Positions 11,185 through 21,786 of a DNA stretch of 64,000 nucleotides are shown in pieces. Position 1 is the stretch's first letter. Each line of letters opens with the position of its first letter. A model generated the notes under the pieces. The model made no database searches. It saw nothing but the letters and a program-made list of their open reading frames with translations, and was not told where the DNA came from. Source of the DNA: Verrucomicrobiota bacterium (GTDB lineage: Bacteria; Verrucomicrobiota; Verrucomicrobiia; Opitutales; Coraliomargaritaceae); the NCBI GenBank assembly GCA_039815375.1, contig JBCBZJ010000014.1, positions 1 through 64,000 of the forward strand. The letters run 5' to 3'. Position numbers and translations under genes: made by a program.

Positions 11185-11357
11185 TAAACCAGCCGTCAGC
11201 GCTGATTCAGATAAAAGGTCTAAAACTACAGGAATCATCGGATTCGATTGCACCATCGTCGCACAAGACGAAAGACCAATAGCACTTATCGAGTTCAATT
11301 ACGATTCGTCTCGCCAGAACACTCGGCTGGCTTGACGTCTCAGGAGCCTCATTCCAT

Positions 11358-12548
11358 TTGTCCTCAATGCACTATCGACGCTTTGGCCGCACAGAACTGG
11401 AGATGCCTGTCTTCTCATGCGGTGGCATGCGTTTTCAGCACGGCTGGGAAAAGCTGAAGCCTCAGCAGATTCCAGCATCGGTTCAGGAAAATCTTGAAGC
11501 GACGGTCCACCGCGCCCTTGAACTCGGCATCCGTCATATTGAAACTGCCGAAGGTTATGGGCCCTCCGAAATGCAGCTCGGGTTCGTACTGCCAAAGATC
11601 GACCGCGACAAGTTCTGGTTACAAACGAAAGCGGCGCCGCAGGAAGATGGTGCCAGCTTCGAAGCAGAACTGGAGGAGTCCTTTAAATTGCTCGGCCTCG
11701 AACAAGTCGATTTATTGAGCATACATGGCATCAACAACCACAAGCTGTTTGAAGACACCTTCCGTAAGGGTGGTCCAATGGATGTGATCCGAAGATGGCA
11801 AAAAGAAGGGCGCATTCGTTTCGTCGGATTTTCCACACACGGTCACTGTCATATCATTGAAAAAGCAATCAACACGGGCGAATTCGACTATGTGAATCTG
11901 CATTGGTATTTCATCAACCAAAGCAATTGGGCCGCAGTCGAAGCCGCCCAGAAGCAGGACATGGGTGTCTTTATTATTAGCCCAACCGACAAAGGTGGCC
12001 AGTTACATCTTCCTTCGGAAAAGCTGGTCCGGCTGTGCGAACCGCTCACACCGATGGCTTTTAACGATCTCTTCTGCCTGAAACGTCCCGAAGTCCACAC
12101 CCTAAGTATCGGCGCAAGCAAGCCCGGTGATTTCGACGCCCATATCAAAGCCCTCGAACATTACGACACCATCGAGATGGCAATACAACCCATCGAGGAA
12201 CGCATCCACGCGGCGATGATCGAAGCGCTGGGTGCCGACTGGTGGCCGCGCTATGCTGAAGGCCTTCCGAACTGGGACGCGGTCCCCGGCGAAATCAATC
12301 TCCAATACATACTCCGCATCTGGTCTCTTGCCACCGGCCTCGATATGACGGGCTACGGCAGATACCGCTATGGCATGATCGGCAACGGCGACCATTGGAT
12401 GGCTGGACAGAAAGCCACCAACTTCGACGACGAGACCATTATCGCAGCCCTCGACAAGCATCCGCAAAGGGAACGTATCCCTGATATCCTTCGAAAAGCC
12501 CACGAGCTCTTCAAAGGCAAAGAGCGCAAGCCATTGTCGCAGCACTAG
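11358..12548 (+). CDS. Aldo/keto reductase family oxidoreductase
   Basis: YRRFGRTELEMPVFSCGGMRF, HIETAEGYG, GFSTHG; the actual start may be the ATG of MHYRRFG (~11367). Confidence 0.85.
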   Translation: MSSMHYRRFGRTELEMPVFSCGGMRFQHGWEKLKPQQIPASVQENLEATVHRALELGIRHIETAEGYGPSEMQLGFVLPKIDRDKFWLQTKAAPQEDGASFEAELEESFKLLGLEQVDLLSIHGINNHKLFEDTFRKGGPMDVIRRWQKEGRIRFVGFSTHGHCHIIEKAINTGEFDYVNLHWYFINQSNWAAVEAAQKQDMGVFIISPTDKGGQLHLPSEKLVRLCEPLTPMAFNDLFCLKRPEVHTLSIGASKPGDFDAHIKALEHYDTIEMAIQPIEERIHAAMIEALGADWWPRYAEGLPNWDAVPGEINLQYILRIWSLATGLDMTGYGRYRYGMIGNGDHWMAGQKATNFDDETIIAALDKHPQRERIPDILRKAHELFKGKERKPLSQH

Positions 12549-12620
12549 GATTCGGATGAATCCGGCATTGACTAGGCGAGTCCAGCGTTCTGACTCCTAG
12601 CCTTCAAAATTTCTGCTACA

Positions 12621-14456
12621 ATGAAAGACATGTCCCCTCTTGAGGAGCTTCGCCATTCCTGTTCGCACGTGCTAGCCACCGCGGTTCTCCGGCTCTACCC
12701 AAAAACCCAACTCGACATCGGACCTCCGACGGACAACGGCTTCTATTACGACATCGATTTGGATAAAAGACTCGATGCGGCCGACCTTGAGGCAATCGAG
12801 GCCGAGATGAAGAAGGTCATCAAGGAGAACCAGAAGTTCGAGCGCATCGAGTGCTCCCGCGAGGAGGCGATTGAAAAGATCAAGTCTATCGGACAGGAGT
12901 GCTACAAGCTGGGCCGCCTCGAAGACATTCCGGAGGGTGAACAAGTCAGTTTTTACCAAAACGGCGAGTTCATCGACCTATGCGCGGGTCCGCACGTCAA
13001 CTACACCAAAAAGATCAAAGCCTTCAAGTTGCTCTCTATCGCAGGTGCCTATCACCGCGGCGACGAAAAGAACAAGCAGCTCCAGCGCATCTATGGCACC
13101 GCTTTCCCAAGCAAGGAAGAACTCGCCGAATACCTTGACCAGCTCGAGCAAGCCAAGGCACGCGACCACCGCAAGCTCGGTAAGGAACTTGGCCTCTTTA
13201 CGATCGACAATGACGTCGGCCAGGGACTCATCCTCTGGAAACCTGCCGGAGCCATCGTCCGCGAAGCACTCACCGACTTTATCACCGAGGAGCTTCGTAA
13301 TGCGGGCTACGGCATCGTCTACACCCCCCACATCGGTAAGCTCGACCTATTCCGCACATCCGGGCATTTTCCCTACTACAAAGAAAGTCAGTTTGCAGCG
13401 ATCCCAGAGCGGGATGAGTTCGATAAAGTTGTCGAAGGCGGCGTCACGACCGGTGAATACGCTGGACAACTCGAGAGCGGCGAAATGGACGGCTTCATGC
13501 TCCGCCCCATGAACTGCCCGATGCACATCAAGATTTTTGATTCTGAGCCTCACAGCTACCGGAACTTGCCGGTTCGCCTGGCTGAATTTGGCACAGTTTA
13601 CCGTTGGGAACAATCCGGTGAGCTCAACGGATTGACCCGGGTGCGCGGCTTTACTCAGGACGACGCCCACATCTTCTGTACTGAGGAACAGCTCGCAGAC
13701 GAAATTCGCGGCTGCCTCGATTTGGTTAAGACGGTGTTCCATACTCTTGATATGGCTGATTACCGTGTGCGCGTTTCCCTACGCGACCCGGATAGCAGCA
13801 AATACGTGGGCGAACCGGAATCCTGGGACAAAGCCGAGGAGGCGCTGCGCGAAATCGTCCGTGAACTTGGCGTAAGCTATACCGAAGAACCAGGTGAGGC
13901 TGCCTTTTACGGCCCAAAGATCGACTTCGTGGTAAAGGATGTCCTCAACCGTGAGTGGCAACTCGGCACCGTGCAGGTCGACTACAACCTGCCGGAACGT
14001 TTCAACCTCACTTACATTGGTGCAGACAACGAAAAGCACCGTCCGGTCATGATCCACCGCGCACCCTTCGGTTCACTGGAACGCTTCACCGGCGTGCTGA
14101 TTGAACACTTTGCCGGCAACTTCCCGATCTGGCTCGCACCGGAGCAAGTCCGCATCCTCCCGATGAACGACGACCTCGTGCCTCAGGCCCGCGAAATCGA
14201 GAAACTCTTCAAGGCTGCAAAAATTCGCGTCACCGTCGATGCGGTCGCGGATAAGCTCGGCGCGAAGATTCGTAAGTGCCACGTCGACAAGGTACCGAAC
14301 TTTTTGGTCCTCGGTCGCCAAGAGGCCGAGCAGGGAATGGTTAAGGTCAACTCCCGCGCCAACAAGGACCTCGAAGGATTGAAGAAGCCGGAAGAGTTTC
14401 TTACCGAGCTGCTTATCAACATCTCGAACAAAACACTTCCAGATCCTAAGGACTAA
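12621..14456 (+). CDS. thrS: Threonine--tRNA ligase (short form lacking the N-terminal TGS domain)
   Basis: RHSCSH, DLCAGPH, RDHRKLG, PMNCP, RVRGFTQDDAH, AFYGPKID, VMIHRA. Confidence 0.98.
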   Translation: MKDMSPLEELRHSCSHVLATAVLRLYPKTQLDIGPPTDNGFYYDIDLDKRLDAADLEAIEAEMKKVIKENQKFERIECSREEAIEKIKSIGQECYKLGRLEDIPEGEQVSFYQNGEFIDLCAGPHVNYTKKIKAFKLLSIAGAYHRGDEKNKQLQRIYGTAFPSKEELAEYLDQLEQAKARDHRKLGKELGLFTIDNDVGQGLILWKPAGAIVREALTDFITEELRNAGYGIVYTPHIGKLDLFRTSGHFPYYKESQFAAIPERDEFDKVVEGGVTTGEYAGQLESGEMDGFMLRPMNCPMHIKIFDSEPHSYRNLPVRLAEFGTVYRWEQSGELNGLTRVRGFTQDDAHIFCTEEQLADEIRGCLDLVKTVFHTLDMADYRVRVSLRDPDSSKYVGEPESWDKAEEALREIVRELGVSYTEEPGEAAFYGPKIDFVVKDVLNREWQLGTVQVDYNLPERFNLTYIGADNEKHRPVMIHRAPFGSLERFTGVLIEHFAGNFPIWLAPEQVRILPMNDDLVPQAREIEKLFKAAKIRVTVDAVADKLGAKIRKCHVDKVPNFLVLGRQEAEQGMVKVNSRANKDLEGLKKPEEFLTELLINISNKTLPDPKD

Positions 14457-14588
14457 AGGATAGTTTTGGTCGCGTGAGCAACTTAAACTATTTTTGGATG
14501 ACAATCGGCCTGAAAGATCCAGATAATCTTTTTGCCAAAAGCGAGGAGCAAGGCAGAGCCCATAAATTCAACTGAAGACCACTCGTAA

Positions 14589-15590
14589 CTAATTCGTGTC
14601 TAATGCGAACGCTTCAGCGGGATTACGAATCAGCAACTGGTCAATATCGTCCTGATCAAATCCACGCTCGCGCAGCGCAGGAACCAGACTTTCAAAGACT
14701 GGAGTATAGCCGTTGAATTTACCTCCGCCCGGCTCCCCAGGTCGATACCATCCCGCATCGTGCGAAATAAGGATGCGTCCAAGAAGACCTTTCTCTTTCA
14801 GTGCAGCAAGACTGTCTGCGTGTTTCTCGAAGTTTCTATCGCGCACATTATCGATCGAGACCCATGCACCTTTCTCAGCGCAAGCGACCCAGGTCTCCAT
14901 CGAGCCACGCTGCGCATGCGTCCAAATAAATGCATCTGCGGGCACGCCCATCGACGCAAGGATTTCAAGTTGCGCGAAGGCAGGCTCCGGAGGGCCGGTA
15001 TGCGACATAATCGTAAGGCCAGTTGCTTTATGAGTCAGACCCGCGGCACGGACCAGAGTCTGGTGAAAGAGGCTTAACTCCGCATCAGGGTTTACCCCGA
15101 TCTTAATGAAACCAGGACGAATGCCAGTACCTTCAATTCCATTTTCAAATTCAGCTATCCATCCTGCAGCAAGTTCTTCGGCAGTTTTGCCTTTGGCAGA
15201 TTCCGGGATAAAGAAATTGTCACGTGCACCATAGAGGCCTGTGTTCGTGAGCAGATGCATTCCCGTCGCTTCAGACAACTGCTTCAGCAAGAGCGGATCA
15301 CGACCTATATAAGCCGGTGTGCACTCCATGAGCGTCGTGCACCCAAGCGCTTGAATCTCTTCAAGGTAAGGTGAGACCTTCTCAACTACTTCGGCCCGAT
15401 CCCAGCGGTGAGAACCAGTCTCTGCAGCACCAATAAAATCAACCAAGACATGCTCATGCTGAAGCGTCGTCCCAAGCTCAGATACAGGAACCTTACCTCG
15501 AACCGTGAATACGTAGCTGTCGCCCTGGACTACTCCACTGCCAACAACTAGGGGAAGTAGGTATAAAATAGATCTTATTACTCTTCGCAT
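14589..15590 (-). CDS. Phosphotriesterase-family amidohydrolase with N-terminal signal-like segment
   Basis: GTTLQHEHVL, GIRPGFIKIG, ILISHDAG, NPAEAF motifs. Confidence 0.88.
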   Translation of the reverse strand: MRRVIRSILYLLPLVVGSGVVQGDSYVFTVRGKVPVSELGTTLQHEHVLVDFIGAAETGSHRWDRAEVVEKVSPYLEEIQALGCTTLMECTPAYIGRDPLLLKQLSEATGMHLLTNTGLYGARDNFFIPESAKGKTAEELAAGWIAEFENGIEGTGIRPGFIKIGVNPDAELSLFHQTLVRAAGLTHKATGLTIMSHTGPPEPAFAQLEILASMGVPADAFIWTHAQRGSMETWVACAEKGAWVSIDNVRDRNFEKHADSLAALKEKGLLGRILISHDAGWYRPGEPGGGKFNGYTPVFESLVPALRERGFDQDDIDQLLIRNPAEAFALDTN

Positions 15591-15809
15591 AGTGCTCTAC
15601 AGTTTAGAAGGCATTTGATATCTTCTTCGATGAACTGAGCTTTTGCAATAAGGGATACGATACGCTTTATTCCGCGTCGAGTTTGCAGAACTCAAGCTTA
15701 CTCCATGCCGCTTCATTGTGATCGAACCCACTAGGCGCACCACTTTGGAGCAAAGGCCCGACGGGATGCGGATTTTCTTAAAGTCACCTTATCCCAGTGT
15801 CATTCTATT

Positions 15810-16571
15810 CTAACCGCCGGTTTTTTCAGTAGGCATATCTGCCTCTCTCCAACCTTTAAACCCTACAGAAAGATGCTTGATATTTGTATAGCCTAGGGAC
15901 TTTGCATCGCGCGCTGCCCTTTTGTAGAGCTTACAAATCGGACTACTGCAATACGCCACAATCAGCATGTCTTTGTCTTCAGGTAGTGCAGCCCCAAGGT
16001 CCTCGGTCGTGTAGTAATCAATAGCGCCCGGGATATGCGCGCGTCGGTAGCGCTCAGAACCATTTGCATCCAAAAGAAAAACCGAGCCTTCGTCCATCGC
16101 CTCGCGCAATTCTCGAACCGTAATTTTTGGAAACTCGCCAAGCACTCTCATCTTCCGGGCTTCCTTAATATCCACTGACTCTGTAGACATACCCGCTTCA
16201 ATCCATCCATTCAGGCCGACTGCGAGATGTTTAACATTTGTGTAACCGAAAAAATCAGCTTCGTGGGCTGCGTTCAGGTATAATTTACAGGCCTCACTCA
16301 CACAGTAGACCACGATTAATGCGTCTTTATCCTTCGGCAACTCGGCTTCCAGGTCCGCCGTAGTATAATACTCAATCGCCCCGGGAATGTGATTCGCAAT
16401 ATAACGGTCGGTGCCATTCGCATCGATCATAAACACGCTGCCATCGCTCATCGCAGCCTTTAGTTCAGCAACCGAAATTGCTTCATACTCTGCGGCAATA
16501 ATTCTGGAAGCAGACAATAAAGCCATAAATAGGACGAGAGACTTTAGTGAGAATTCATAGAGAGTATTCAT
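15810..16571 (-). CDS. Secreted tandem rhodanese-domain protein
   Basis: Signal peptide; two similar domains each with HIPGAI, YCxxxxC and GxxGW. Confidence 0.85.
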   Translation of the reverse strand: MNTLYEFSLKSLVLFMALLSASRIIAAEYEAISVAELKAAMSDGSVFMIDANGTDRYIANHIPGAIEYYTTADLEAELPKDKDALIVVYCVSEACKLYLNAAHEADFFGYTNVKHLAVGLNGWIEAGMSTESVDIKEARKMRVLGEFPKITVRELREAMDEGSVFLLDANGSERYRRAHIPGAIDYYTTEDLGAALPEDKDMLIVAYCSSPICKLYKRAARDAKSLGYTNIKHLSVGFKGWREADMPTEKTGG

Positions 16572-16667
16572 GATCTGTCTAATTGTTTGGATTATACATA
16601 CTGAAATCTGTCCTACGGCGAAGCGGTCTAGGCAACGCCATCAAATAAGCCGCAAATCGAATATCGG

Positions 16668-17585
16668 TCACTTTCTCCGTAAGACTGTCGTGTAAGCGAA
16701 AGCAACCAGACTCAGCAAAAGCACCGAAGTAGCAGGCTCCGGAATCCCGACCAGAAAATCCTCCTCAGCCAGAGCTTCTCCGCTAAAGCGCAACTCGTCT
16801 ACATAACCATCATCTCCATTCGTCTTGGAGAAATTGTAACCATCCAGCCCGACGCCAACCTGGACAATGCGATCATCCGCATCCGCATCTGCGCCCCAGT
16901 AAAGCGACGATCCACTTGTTGTCAAAGCGCTACCAATCGGGGTCGAATCGAGGTATAGTATACCCTCACCCAGCGCCATGTCATACGAAAACGCGACGTG
17001 ACGCCAGTTGGCATTGCCATCCCCACGTGTCCCTGCGTTATCAAGTCCGATATTCGTGCTGATCGTATTCAATTGGATATTTCCAAAAGCATCGATCGTG
17101 TAGAATTCAACCGTGAGCGCATTCGGAGAATAGATCCGGTAGCCATCGCTGATCGAGTCCGCGACATTCGCTGTCGTGCTTCGAGAAACCAATACCCCGA
17201 ATTGCTCTTCGGTCCGCACCCACATCTCTACAGTCATCTCATCAACATCGAGCACAGCGCTGTAAGCAATTGTCGCGTCGATGTCCGGATTACCACTTGT
17301 TCCAAATCCATCAAGACTCGCCGTATTGGGTGCACCAGTGAACGGTACAAATGTGTTGGGAAGCGAACCCGGATTCGCAGAATCATCGATACGCGCAGTT
17401 AAAGAAATTAGATCCGGTTGCCCTGCAACTTCGCTCGGTGAAACCAGGCGAAAAGGATCCGCATCAAGATCTTCCTCAAAACGGTAATAGCTCAAGACGA
17501 CTGCTTGAGATAGAGCAGTAATTAACGTCAAACATACGCATACGATGTATATTAGCTTACGCAAAAGATGAATGGGGTTACCCAA
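16668..17585 (-). CDS. LamG-like jellyroll protein with PEP-CTERM sorting signal
   Basis: SYYRFEE, MTVEMWV, WRHVAFSYD, GYVDELRFS; C-terminal IPEP + TM + RRK; start uncertain (TTG). Confidence 0.8.
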   Translation of the reverse strand: MGNPIHLLRKLIYIVCVCLTLITALSQAVVLSYYRFEEDLDADPFRLVSPSEVAGQPDLISLTARIDDSANPGSLPNTFVPFTGAPNTASLDGFGTSGNPDIDATIAYSAVLDVDEMTVEMWVRTEEQFGVLVSRSTTANVADSISDGYRIYSPNALTVEFYTIDAFGNIQLNTISTNIGLDNAGTRGDGNANWRHVAFSYDMALGEGILYLDSTPIGSALTTSGSSLYWGADADADDRIVQVGVGLDGYNFSKTNGDDGYVDELRFSGEALAEEDFLVGIPEPATSVLLLSLVAFAYTTVLRRK

Positions 17586-18259
17586 ATTGGGTCAGAACTT
17601 TTGTTATTCTGTAAGAGCTAATAACATGTCCGATTTTCTATAAGAAGTCAACGCTGGGCTAGAGGAAGGGCGTAGCACACTGAAGATTCACAATGGGATT
17701 GGTGTCTCTTCTTCAATCTCCTTCCGGGTAAACTTCAAGAAGCGCAATGTGACTAAGATATAAGGTTGAGGGTTTATGTTGTTATACTTCTAGGGCCAGT
17801 TCTCTATAAGTATCAGTCCTTCGGATAAAGTCCATGCTTGCTCCCAGCTCAGGCTCTCTTCTCTAAATTGAGCATTGGAGCTTTCCTGCCAAAAGCGACA
17901 GAGGTTAGTATGAAAGGTCTTGATCTGGTTTGTGCCAACCCGATACACATGGACCGTGCTCAATGAACTCAGAGCTATTGTCTCGATGGACGTGCTCGGG
18001 AGTTCTACTTGCAATTTTACCGAAACTTTCGGGAGTCCGCTCCGATAGTTATTTTTGATGAAGCTACCTTCGAGCCACGCCCACAGCTTTTTAACTTCGT
18101 TGATTTTTGGCGCTGTCGCTACGAGTGGCCAGTGTCTTCACCTAGGAGCAATCTATGAAGTCAAAGGACCCGACATTCATTCGGACTACAAAGACACCGC
18201 TTACGGCACGGGCGCCATTCATGTCCTCTAATTACAGCTTTAATACTGATATCCGAACC

Positions 18260-19234
18260 ATGCGTCTACTCATTCCACAAGTCTTCCTTATTACATTAAT
18301 GGCCCTCTACGCTATCGACCTTGCAGCCCACACGGGTAGCCATACCGGGGGGGACGGAGAGAAACCGGCGGCAACTCCACGCGTTGAGATCACAATCGAA
18401 GGCAACATTCGCAAAATCACGGGCAATGGCATCGCAGACCATTCGACCGGACAGTTTCCCAACCGAAGGAATCCGCATTCGATTCGGACCCAGCGTGTTT
18501 CCTATCAGGTGCCAGCCGAGCCAATACTGGCTGAAGGGCTGACGCCACTAGGCCGCCAGCCCTTCGGTGTAGCCCTCAATGGTGTGGTCTTCGACCCCGG
18601 CACAGCTGAATCGTGGAACATGGAACGCAATTCCAAATGGCGCTACGAAGCGATCAAGGGTGCACTCGATTTAGGCGAAGACGTGCACCATGCCCACGTC
18701 CAACCCACCGGCACCTACCATTATCACGGCCTGCCGACAGGCCTGTTGCAAGAGCTCAATGGCGGCAGACCAGAGATGACATTGATCGGCTGGGCGGCTG
18801 ACGGATTTCCAATCTACGGTCCTTATGGCTACACCGGCGAAATCGGCACCGATGGCGAACCGATCACAAAGCTCATGCTACCGAGCTATGTCCTTAAAGA
18901 GGGCCAGCGCCCCGGCAGTCTCGAGCCGAAAGAAAAGCGCAACCATCGCCGCCCAAGTCCGGAGAGCGTGGAGCCCGGAGGAACCTACGACGGCACATTC
19001 ACGGCGGACTTCGAATACATCCAAGGTGCTGGAGATCTTGATCAGGCAAACGGCAAATTCGGCCCGACACCCGAGTTCCCTGAAGGCATCTACCACTATT
19101 ATGTGACCGAAGATTTCCCCTTCATACCTCGCTTTTTCCGGGGAAAACCTGATTCAAGTTTCGAGCGCCATCATGGAGGAAGGGACCGTCCTTCAGGGCG
19201 GCCGCCTGTGCAACCTCGACGCACATTTCCGTAA
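18260..19234 (+). CDS. YHYH-domain secreted protein
   Basis: GVALNGV, HAHVQPTGTYHYHG, GWAADGFPIYG, DLDQANG, YHYYVT; likely start MRLLIPQ at 18260. Confidence 0.88.
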   Translation: MRLLIPQVFLITLMALYAIDLAAHTGSHTGGDGEKPAATPRVEITIEGNIRKITGNGIADHSTGQFPNRRNPHSIRTQRVSYQVPAEPILAEGLTPLGRQPFGVALNGVVFDPGTAESWNMERNSKWRYEAIKGALDLGEDVHHAHVQPTGTYHYHGLPTGLLQELNGGRPEMTLIGWAADGFPIYGPYGYTGEIGTDGEPITKLMLPSYVLKEGQRPGSLEPKEKRNHRRPSPESVEPGGTYDGTFTADFEYIQGAGDLDQANGKFGPTPEFPEGIYHYYVTEDFPFIPRFFRGKPDSSFERHHGGRDRPSGRPPVQPRRTFP

Positions 19235-19270
19235 TGGACCTTTTTACCATAACTCGTGTAGCTTCATCGA

Positions 19271-19558
19271 ATGGAAGCAACACCTCTGAGCAGTGCAGAA
19301 AAAAAAGAACTACGTGGCATCGCACAACGCCTCAAGCCACATGTCTACATCGGCCGTCAGGGCTTGAGCGAATCGGTCTTCAGTGAAATCGAAATGGCAC
19401 TGAGCAAAAACGGCCTGATCAAACTACGTTTCGATGCAGACCGCGATTTCATTAAAGAAGCGACAAGGGCAATTCCGGAAAAACTCGGCTGCGAACACGT
19501 CGGTGGCGTTGGCAAAACCGCCGTTTTCTTCCGCGACATGTCCGAAGATGGTTCGTGA
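19271..19558 (+). CDS. yhbY: YhbY/CRS1 family RNA-binding protein
   Basis: KELRGIAQRLKPHVYIGRQGL, LIKLRF, VGKTAVFFR. Confidence 0.85.
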   Translation: MEATPLSSAEKKELRGIAQRLKPHVYIGRQGLSESVFSEIEMALSKNGLIKLRFDADRDFIKEATRAIPEKLGCEHVGGVGKTAVFFRDMSEDGS

Positions 19559-20607
19559 GAGCGAAACGCAGGATCATCCATATCGACATGGACTGCTTCT
19601 ATGCAGCCGTGGAAATCCGAGAACGGCCTGAGCTTACAAATCAGCCCGTCGCCGTGGGCGGCTCTTCGGGACGCGGTGTGCTGACAACCTGTAACTATCC
19701 CGCACGCAAGTTCGGTGTGCGTTCTGCCATGCCCGTCTTCAAAGCAAGGGAGCTTTGCCCCAACCTGGTCATTCTGCCCGTTCGGTTTGAACTCTATCGG
19801 GAAGTCTCAAAAGAAGTCCGCAGCATCTTCAAACGCTACACCGATCTGATCGAGCCGCTCTCACTCGACGAGGCATACCTCGACGTCAGTCACCTCAAAC
19901 GTCCGGGCCACGAAATCGCACAATCAATTCGGAACGATATTTTCCGCGAAACCGGTTTAACGGCATCTGCCGGCATTGCGCCGAACAAGCTCGTCGCTAA
20001 AATTGCCAGTGACTGGAATAAACCAAATGGTCAGCAAGTCGTGCCACCCTCCCAAGTCGAGGCCTTCATGCGCGAGCTCTCGGTCAGGAAGATCTGGGGT
20101 ATCGGCCCGAAAAGCTCCGCCCGCCTTGAAACGGAAGGCATCAGGAGCTGTGCAGATCTTCAGGCACTGGACCGGGCCGAGCTGGTTCACCGATTCGGCA
20201 GCTTCGGAATGGACCTGTATCAACTTTGTCGGGGGATTGATGAGCGACCCGTAGAATCGAACCGCATTCGAAAGAGCCTCAGCAACGAACGCACTTTCTC
20301 AAATGATCTCACGACTCTTGACGATTGTTTGGAGGAATTGGACAGGCAACACCGCGAATTAATCGAGGACCTCAAAGAATCCTCGCCGGAACGTTCCATC
20401 GCCAAAGTATTCGTGAAACTCAAATTTACCGATTTCAAACGGACGACCGCTGAAATGGGAGCCACTCAACCAGAGCTTCAACTCTTTAAGGAGCTCTTGA
20501 ATGAAGCCTGGGGACGCAGCGGAAAAGACGTTCGCCTGCTTGGGCTGGGTGTTCGATTTGCCGAACGAGGCCATGCTATCGAGCAACTGGAGCTCGCCCT
20601 GCGGTAA
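19555..20607 (+). CDS. dinB: DNA polymerase IV
   Basis: IIHIDMDCFYAAVE, YPARKFGVRSAMP, SLDEAYLD, AKIASDWNKPNG; GTGA overlap with the yhbY stop. Confidence 0.95.
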   Translation: MRAKRRIIHIDMDCFYAAVEIRERPELTNQPVAVGGSSGRGVLTTCNYPARKFGVRSAMPVFKARELCPNLVILPVRFELYREVSKEVRSIFKRYTDLIEPLSLDEAYLDVSHLKRPGHEIAQSIRNDIFRETGLTASAGIAPNKLVAKIASDWNKPNGQQVVPPSQVEAFMRELSVRKIWGIGPKSSARLETEGIRSCADLQALDRAELVHRFGSFGMDLYQLCRGIDERPVESNRIRKSLSNERTFSNDLTTLDDCLEELDRQHRELIEDLKESSPERSIAKVFVKLKFTDFKRTTAEMGATQPELQLFKELLNEAWGRSGKDVRLLGLGVRFAERGHAIEQLELALR

Positions 20608-20649
20608 GGAACCCCTTTACTTTTACCTTCACTCAAAACAACGTGCCTT

Positions 20650-21633
20650 ATGTCTGATTTTAAAACCGTTCAGGAACTGAAAAGTATCGAGCCGGACATT
20701 GCCGCGCCCTTCCGCGGGATTTACATCATGAAGCGGAAAGAGACGCGAACGACAAAGAACGGCGACCCGTTTCTGAGCATGGAATTCGGCGACAGCGGCG
20801 GAAGTTTCAATGCCAATGCATTCAGCGGCTCACCCGTTATGGAAGCCCTCGCATCTGCAGTTGAAGGTTGCATTGTCCGCCTCTCGGGAAAAAGCGAATA
20901 TTATCAGGAGCGTTTCTCACCCCGCCTGCAAGCCGCCGAAATGATCGAACCGGAAGAAGCCGAGGCAGAAGGCGTCCTTAGCCAGCTGGTTGAAGTGCCG
21001 CCGGAACCCGAAGATGAACTTTGGGCGCATCTTATTGAGGGAATTGCCTCGATTGAACATACCCAACTGCGAGACACCGTGCAGCGTGTGATCGACGAAA
21101 CCGAGAAACAGTTCCGCACCGCACCGGCCGCGATTAGTATGCACCACGCCTACCGCCACGGCCTACTCGAGCACACCGTCCATATGGTCCGAGCCGCAAG
21201 GGCATTGCTTCCACTTTATCCCGAAGTTGACGGCGATCTTGCTATCGCCGGCATCATTCTACACGACATCGGCAAGCTCGAAGAATACGAAGGCGATTTT
21301 GCCGCCAAGACCAGCCGCATCGGTACCCTGCAGGGCCATGTTGTCATCGGTTTCCGCATCGCCCGTAAGGCCGCCATTCAATCGAAGCTCAACGCAGACC
21401 TTACTGAACGATTGGAGCACATCATCCTCAGCCATCAGGGTGAGAAGGAATGGGGTGCCGCTGCGATGGCCGCGACAGCCGAAGCAGTCTTCGTTTCAAT
21501 GGTCGACAACCTCGACGCCAAAATGGGCATGGTGCAACGCGTCCTACGCAACGCCAACGAAGGCGACGAATTTTCCGAACGGCTGATGGGTCTACAGACC
21601 AGAGTGTTGCTTGCGCCTCCGGATAAGTCGTAA
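20650..21633 (+). CDS. YhaM/CBF1-like OB-fold + HD-domain 3'-5' exonuclease
   Basis: N-terminal OB fold (TTKNGDPFLSMEFGD), APAAISMHHAYRHGLLEHT, LHDIGK, HIILSHQG, DNLDAKM. Confidence 0.88.
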   Translation: MSDFKTVQELKSIEPDIAAPFRGIYIMKRKETRTTKNGDPFLSMEFGDSGGSFNANAFSGSPVMEALASAVEGCIVRLSGKSEYYQERFSPRLQAAEMIEPEEAEAEGVLSQLVEVPPEPEDELWAHLIEGIASIEHTQLRDTVQRVIDETEKQFRTAPAAISMHHAYRHGLLEHTVHMVRAARALLPLYPEVDGDLAIAGIILHDIGKLEEYEGDFAAKTSRIGTLQGHVVIGFRIARKAAIQSKLNADLTERLEHIILSHQGEKEWGAAAMAATAEAVFVSMVDNLDAKMGMVQRVLRNANEGDEFSERLMGLQTRVLLAPPDKS

Positions 21634-21786
21634 GTCTCTACCTGCCTACGGCAAATAGAGGGATCAAAAAAACTCGGTGTTCATACCGATTCTAAACATA
21701 GGCACCAAAGGTGACTCTACTACTGATGAAATCATATCTTTCATCGAATCACTAATGGGCTGAAAAGAATCAATCGCAGTCTTCCT

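Noticed and set aside
17790..18014. 74-aa minus-strand ORF
   Set aside because: TTG start, no motif or operon context
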